This document shows, piece after piece, positions 55,725 to 64,000 of a DNA stretch of 64,000 nt. The translations under genes and the position numbers were made by a program. Position 1 is the first letter of the stretch; the number at the start of each line of letters is the position of its first letter. The notes under the pieces are model-generated. The model saw nothing but the letters and a program-made list of their open reading frames with translations, did no database searches and was not told the origin of the DNA. Source of the stretch: Octopus vulgaris (lineage: Eukaryota); the NCBI GenBank assembly GCA_951406725.2, contig OX597816.1:104966001-105030000 (forward strand). Direction: 5' to 3'.

Positions 55725-55729
<5 letters not shown>

Positions 55730-55868
55730 TAAAAAAAAATAAGAAAAAAAACAAGAAAAACCAACAATGCGAGGACGTGGTACATGCAAAATTTTAAGAC
55801 GCTCAGAGAAGGAAAGAAAGAGTGGTTGTTTTACGTTTCGAGCAAAGCTCTTCTTCGGAAATAGGAAA
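55725..55868 (-). mobile_element. H1-related terminal repeat, inverted partner of 55346-55493
   Basis: Reverse-complement match including the hammerhead-like motif at 55828-55862. Confidence 0.8.
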
Positions 55869-56644
55869 GTTCATATATATATATGTCATCGTCAAGGGAA
55901 GAGACCTGATGGAAAGTAACAGACATCAAGAGGCGACGATCAAACGTCGAAACCGCGAAGAGCAATTCGCACTTCCTCGTCCTCCGCCAACACCCCCTGA
56001 GATAAGTTACCCCACTCCTTTTCTTCTATACCACTCAGTCACCGGCACCTTTCACACTGACCAAAAGGAAGAGGCTCAAATACTGACTACAGATCTACTA
56101 TTCGGATACGAGTCAACGCCATAAAAACATAATATGTATAGCATATAATAATCGCTTCGTGGCATTTCCAACAAACTCCTTTTCAGGAAGTAGGATTATT
56201 TCAGAAATCAATAATTCTCCAAAATCGGCAGGCTGTTAACAAAAAAACCACTTTCATTAATAGGAAACAAAAATACAGCTGTGTCGTGTGTTTCTGCCTG
56301 ATGATATTTATACATATCATCAGGACAATAGTTTTCTCGTCTTATCTCCAAAGCAAAGCGAGAGATCTTTACAAAAATGTAATAAGCAATTCAAATATAA
56401 AATATACTAAATACAATACAAGATACATTGTTGGTATGTCACCGCGTGCAAGGAAGATAGAGCTATTGTTTGGAACCGGTGTGAATTTCATACATACATA
56501 CTAATTTATAAAAACATATAGTATTTTCCTATATTCACACATACACGCATACACACATAATTCTGCGCGACTGAGTAGTTACACACACACAAGCACACAA
56601 ATATATACGTATGTTCTTTTCTTTTCTTTTTTTTTGTTGCTATC

Positions 56645-57684
<1,040 letters not shown>

Positions 57685-57688
57685 TATA

Positions 57689-57724
<36 letters not shown>

Positions 57725-57993
57725 TGTATGCATGTATGTATGTGTATGTATAGTTCTTTACGTTATATTTTAATTTCTTAATTCCTTATGTACAACTTAA
57801 CACAGTTTTATCTATTTTCAGTGTCTCTACACCCCTTTACATACTTATACATATCTCATTTTATTTACTCCTTATTTCGTTCATTTTATTTGACGTTATT
57901 TATCCATTTATTCTTTTATTTATTCATATAAGTGTTTATGCACTACAGAGTTATACTTTACTTCATAATGTTATATATACCATCATCGTTATA

Positions 57994-58265
57994 CAGTAAT
58001 CCCTCGAATATTGCGGGTGTTACTTTCCAAAAACCCCACGATAGATGAAAATCCGCGAAGTAGAAACAGTACTGAAATGTATATTTTGTTTTATTATTCC
58101 TATAATATGTATATATTTATTTTATTATAAATGCAAAACAACATCATGGAACAACAGATTGTTCTTAAATAAAAAATAAAATTAAATAATATAAAAAAAC
58201 CGTGATAGGTGAATCGTGACAGGTGAACCACAATAGGTGAAACGCGATATGGCGAGGTATTACTG
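57994..58265. mobile_element. Tigger/pogo-type MITE
   Basis: TIRs CAGTAATCCCTCG / CGAGGTATTACTG; TA on both sides. Confidence 0.88.
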
Positions 58266-58385
58266 TATAACATTTTTTTTAAACACGTGACTGTTTGTGT
58301 GGGCGTGCAGGGCTACATACGTATATGTATATACTTGCGAGTATTTGAGCTATATATATACCAATACATGTGAATATACTTTACG

Positions 58386-58436
<51 letters not shown>

Positions 58437-58845
58437 AGTGTGTGTAGATGCATGCATATATATATATGTGTGTGTGTGTATGTATATATATGTATGTATG
58501 CGTGTGTGTATATGCATATATATACACACATATTTATATATAGATACATATATGTATATATATATATACATATATATATGTATATATGTATTTATGTGTG
58601 TGTGTATATATAGAAATATTCATGTATATGTATTATGCGTTAGTGTTGGTATACATTCACATATAAGAATGTATATGTGTGTGTTTGTGTATATACATGT
58701 ATGTGTGTGTATATATGTGTACATATGCACACGCATATATGAGTGTTTGTGCATTTGCGTATGTACACTGTTTACATATCATAATTACGAATTTATTGTG
58801 CAGCCATTTACTTACAATGCCCTTCCCACAGTAAATATAGATACA

Positions 58846-59260
58846 ACTAACAAGCACCGTCCGCTTTTCAGATACCCGACCGAAAGTATGTGTGTTTGTG
58901 TGCGCGGATATTCGTGCAACCTCGTCTCGTCAATATTCGTCAGAACACGTTGGACGTTCTTCATATTCTTTTATATTGTAATTTAAGTGAACATTTTTAT
59001 GGTTGAAATACACCGAAAAATAGCGACACAGCAGTCAAAAAATCGTAAAAAGTAGGGATTTTTGATGTAAATAATTTTTGGTCTTAACATTGTCCGATTT
59101 GAATTTTTTCTTCTATAGAATAAAGAGCAAGCCTTCTTCTATCATACTTTCAATTTTGGTCAACTTGCACCATAGGGTCTAGGAGGAGATAATGTTAGTT
59201 GAAGGCTACCAAACCTGCCACACACACACACAGACAACTTCAGCTTTATATATATATAGA
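58846..59260 (-). mobile_element. Non-autonomous Helitron-like element
   Basis: Minus-strand 5' end TCTATATATATAAAGCTGAAGTTGTCTGTGTG resembles 29654 TCTTTATATAAGAGTGAAGTTGTGTGTCTG; 3' end is degenerate. Confidence 0.6.
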
Positions 59261-60338
59261 TATATATATTCTGTTGTGTCTGGGGAGACTCATTTTCTTT
59301 TTGTACCTTATAATTTAACACACTCACCGGTTAAATTTCCACTTATTTCTTATATGCACACATATACACATTGCCGGCATATTTGGATTTCACAAGTAAC
59401 TACTAAGAAATGAATCCAAAGACATAAAAATTATCGGAAAACTTCGACTACAAGCCTTGTGTATAGTGAGACAGGTAAGACTTCTAAACAAAATGTTCTT
59501 GCCTGCGGAGATATATATCAAAAGAAAGACGATGATCTTGTTTATTTACTCACCATACTCGAAAAAGTTGGTTATATGTGTTTTGTTGTATATTTCAGAA
59601 AGATTCCTCGTCTGTCTGTCCATCTAACTAACTGTTAGATGGAAAAACAAACATGACATCAGAGACACTCTGTGAGAATGTGGGAGCAATAAAGAGATAA
59701 AGACAGAAAGCGAAATACAAATTGACAGATAGTAAGAGATAGTAAATAGGTAGAAAAGCGACAGAGAGAAATAAAAAGAGGCTTTGTTTTTTATGTTATC
59801 TTTTACATATATTTTGTCATTTGTATTCAACTTTTTCATTCTTTCCATTTGTGTCTGTCCTTTTCTCATTTTGTCTAATTCACCACTCTCCCATCTCTCC
59901 ATATCTCTCTCTTTCGTCCCTCTCTCTTTCTCTCCTCTCTCTCTCCTTCTTTATCTATTTATCTATCTACCTAGCTATCTATCTTGCTATATATATACAT
60001 ATATATCGCATTCTCTCTCTGCTTTGTCTCTTCGTTTTCTCTCTCACTTTCTCTCTCTTTTTTTTCTCTCTCTCTCTCTCCTGTCATATTTCTTCTTGTC
60101 TGTCTTTCTCCTTTGTTCTTCTTTGTTCTCTTAATCCTTCTCTCACTCTCTCACTCTCCCTCCTTCTTCTCGCTTTTTTCCTTATTTCAAGACTTGGTTG
60201 CTTTCATCAATCCCGCACATCGCTAAGCTACGTGATCTACTTCAGTCTTTGAATCGCTCAGCTATCATATTACTTGACGCTGCCACTTTCCCTTGAAAAT
60301 CTCTTTTTGAATGACTTTGGTGAATTTTCCCCACTGTA

Positions 60339-60555
60339 TGAGGGAATGCTGAAAAGTTCCTGGCTTTGGGTAAAAGAAAATACAGGAAGATCAGTTGATT
60401 ATAATTTTATTTAACATATTCCCCTTTCAGATTCGCACACTTACTGCAGTGGTCCTTCAGTTTTCCTAAGCCGTGTAAATGAACTCGGAAGGTTGGGTCT
60501 CCAACCAGGCCTTTCGAGATACCCTTAAGGCCAGTAACTTTTCAGCACGCCCTCG
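60339..60555. mobile_element. mariner-type MITE
   Basis: TGAGGGAATGCTGAAAAGTTCCTGGC / GCCAGTAACTTTTCAGCACGCCCTCG; copy of 38505-38714. Confidence 0.85.
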
Positions 60556-60915
60556 AATAGTCTTCTTTCGCTCTTTCTTATATTCCTTTTAACACTTTAA
60601 AGCTGAAAATTTTCTTATTACCCATGAAGACCAGGCTACAAGCGCAATCTCTCCTAGTTTAAAGCCCAAAGACTTTAAATTCTCCAATTTCTGCGCGCTT
60701 AAAGTCCAAAGACTTTAAAGTCTATCGTTGTTCCAATGATTTAGGGAATATCACTGAGGTGATGGACAAACAAGTACTAAAATTGATGACCCACAACGTA
60801 AATGTTGGCAGGGAAAAAAAGCAATTAATGCGTTCGTGCATCTATCATGTGTGTGCGTGCATGTATGTGTACACAAATGTACATAAGTAAAAGCATACAA
60901 TCGTATGCATGAATA

Positions 60916-60995
<80 letters not shown>

Positions 60996-61002
60996 ATGTT
61001 AA

Positions 61003-61295
61003 GGGCGTGGAGCTGGCAAGAATCGTTAGCACGCCGGGCAAAATGTTTAGCACTATTTCGTCTGCCATTACGTTCTGAGTTCAAATTCCACCGAGGTCGG
61101 CTTTGCCTTTCATCCTTTCGGGGTCGATTAAATAAGTACCATTTAAATACTGAGGTCGATATAATCGACTTAATCCGTTTGTCTGTCCTTGTTTGTCCTC
61201 TCTGTGTTTAGCCCCGTGTGGGTAGTAAAGAAATAGGTATTTCGTCTGCCGTTACGTTCTGAGTTCAAATTCCGCCGAGGTCGACTTTACCTTCT
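61003..61295 (+). mobile_element. SINE family C with partial internal duplication
   Basis: tttcgtctgcc-ttacgttctgagttcaaattcc-ccgaggtcg occurs twice. Confidence 0.85.
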
Positions 61296-61319
61296 CTTCT
61301 CTGTGTATCTATCTCCCTC

Positions 61320-61568
61320 TCTTGGAAGGGTGGTAGGTGAAGGGAAACGAGAGACGGGCTACGACCGGGCAGGTGTGAGGAGAAAGAGCAGAGGCATGGT
61401 TCACAGATCGTACCCTGGGAAGGGCGGTGTGGATAGTGGTGAGGGGATACCATGTAGCATGAAGTGGCGAGCCATGAGTTGTGACTGAGTCTCAAAGTCA
61501 CGGTTGTCACTGCAGTCATCGCGTAGACGGAGGAATTGGGAGTTGGGGATGGAGAGCTTGGTATGAGT
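61320..61568 (-). mobile_element. Penelope-like element fragment, same family as 18625-20425
   Basis: Reverse complement aligns with ~18790-19050. Confidence 0.8.
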
Positions 61569-61667
61569 ACAGATATACTCTAATTTATGTACATATATTA
61601 TATATTGTGAAATTTGATTTAGTATTACTAAATTGAATTTTTCCCTGTAAGTTTTGAATTATATTCC

Positions 61668-61718
<51 letters not shown>

Positions 61719-61737
61719 GTGTGTGTGTACTTATACA

Positions 61738-61773
<36 letters not shown>

Positions 61774-64000
61774 CAGGCGGTAGTCTTTCAACTGTGACAA
61801 CAACACTCACCGACAAAATAATGCAAAAGATATGAAGGTAAACTAATATTTCACTTTGTAGTAGACAAAGGACATGAACTTAACAGTGTCTCTGTCTTCA
61901 ACGAAATTTAGAATCAAAAAGTCAGACTGGAAGAATTGTGGGATGAAACAGCAGTGGATGCAGCAGCGAGTAGAGACATAGTGGGAGAGGGAAAGAAAGA
62001 GAAGAGCAGGTGTGGAGAAGAATAGGTGAAGAGTCAAGAAAAGGCCAGAAAGAAACATGAAGGCCACAGGAATGAGACAATCTGGGATTGGCTCGCAGTT
62101 GTGGTGGTAGCATGTAGAAGAATGCGTGAGAGAGAGAGAGACAGACAGACAGAGACAGAAAGAAAGAAAGAAAACAGCAACTGTGAAAGAGAGCACTTAA
62201 AGAGCTAACAGAGAAACAGAAGGAACATAGAGAGAAAAAAAGTATTTATAAGTCGAATGGGGAACAAGATTGAAATATTAATGCAGCCGGATGTTTATTA
62301 CCACTTGGTGTTTGTATGGCGTATATATGCGTAAAAAGAGTGAGGTGGAATAGAAAAAATGTTCTGAAGAGCTTTTCTCAGTTGTGTACTACATGCAAGG
62401 AAATTCCCAACGGTGAAACTTTTCTTTGTGGGTGCGCTGCTTATAGAGTTATCATAAGTGGAGAGTGTGGGTAAGATGGCTAAAAATATGTTGTTATTTA
62501 TGGAGAAAATGACCGACTGTAATTTAGAAAGTGAAATAACTTCCAGACTGTGCAATGAATTATTTTCTAAACTTATATTAGCATTTCAAAAAAATGTCTC
62601 ACTTCGAGTACAAATGTTCAATCTAACTAAAAATCAAGTCTACAGCATCTTGAATCGGCACTTCATTTATTTTTTTATGAATATTACAGTATCATTACAT
62701 TATTTGACTGCATTGGACAGTATTATAAAGTATACTTTTTCACAACTACCTTACATATAATCAATTAGTGTAGTTATTAGTCAGTAATTAATTAATTTTC
62801 GAAATATCGATAAACTAAATAATTAAGTCTTTAATTCGTTCTGATTATCAAAATCCCTATGTTAATTTAATTTATATTTCATTCGTGCATTGGATGAATA
62901 TCGTTAAAACCAGATATCTTGCAGATAACGACGATTAGGTCTACTATGCGTGTTTGTATACGTGCGTATGTGTGTGTATGCAGCGCGTATGCATATGCGT
63001 GTGCCGGTGTCATGACAACCGTACAGTTTCGAATTCTGTAAAGAATTTTACAAGCTAAAATCAAGATAATTTACAACAACAATCATAAAATATTCTTTAG
63101 CTACATATTTTCCATATTTTCTTTCTTTTTTTTCGTCATATTTACAGATATGATGTAACATTTACATAAGAAAATAATCACAAACATCTTAAATATCTTC
63201 CATTGTAACTTTGCTAAAATGCAATCTTAGATTTTTAGATACATCTTAGTCGCCTAAAACTATACGAATGCTTACTCATTTGCATCAGAATAGAGAAAAA
63301 ATATTGTTAAAACAATTAATTCTAAAGCAAGTAGTGTAGAAATACATTCTCGTTATCTAGTAGCTCGTTTGTCTATCCTAAAGGATCTCTTTATTTTCTC
63401 TTCTTCCTAATGGGAAATATAATGTAATGAAAGATATAAACCTAAGACAATAAATAGGTATAGGAATAATATCGTCTGGGCAAACGATATTATGTAATCA
63501 ATATAATATCATAATTTACAAATGATTGCCGATATTACCTAGGAATGGCATACATTATGTATTCATTATGTTCATAGTAGCATGTTATAATATCGTTTTA
63601 AATGGATTATAGATAATGTCTCTTGTGTTTGATTGTACGATATCGTAAATACATGCCCATTATTATTGGAATCTATTAAGAAAGGTTGTTGTGACATATG
63701 AGAATAGAACTAAATATTGTATGGTATTGAGTTCTGTCTCCTACACTTATTGCTAGAAGTTTACTTAGATCAACTTATTGATAGGTATAAGTGTATAGTT
63801 AAGAGATTCTCTTTGCAACTATCTACTTTCGGGTCCAATCCTAATGCACAGCACTTGGGTCTTGTGTCTTCTATCATAAACTCAGGTTCATTAACGCTTT
63901 CATTTTGCTTTCATTGTATATTTCATTTTGCAGTCGAAAATTGTGTAGCCACCCATAGGACAGTTTGAATTTCTGTTCTTAGGTGGTGCATTTACTGGAA

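Noticed and set aside
62298-63968. Short ORFs in the TE-poor 3' end
   Set aside because: No motifs, non-ATG starts and no consistent exon structure visible

Overview
AT-rich eukaryotic DNA saturated with microsatellites ((TA)n, (CA)n, (TATG)n, (GATA)n, trinucleotides) and transposon debris. The repeat repertoire suggests an octopus/coleoid cephalopod genome, intergenic or intronic (inference, not verified). No intact host gene is supportable, and most long ORFs in the track are microsatellite translations. Recognisable elements are: four tRNA-derived SINE families; Penelope-like elements (PLE; RT + GIY-YIG) and many short PLE-terminal repeats; Dong/R4-like and other RLE LINEs; CR1/Jockey-group, RTE and L1/Tx1 LINE fragments; DD37D (maT), mariner, Tigger-like and hAT DNA elements; and Helitrons. 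The main unexpected signal is about 15 type I hammerhead-ribozyme-like motifs from several unrelated families. Their cores covary at the 3-8 tertiary pair (C-G, G-C, U-A), and one pair sits in a near-perfect 262-bp palindrome. All alignments and folds were done by eye, so boundaries of degenerate elements are approximate.
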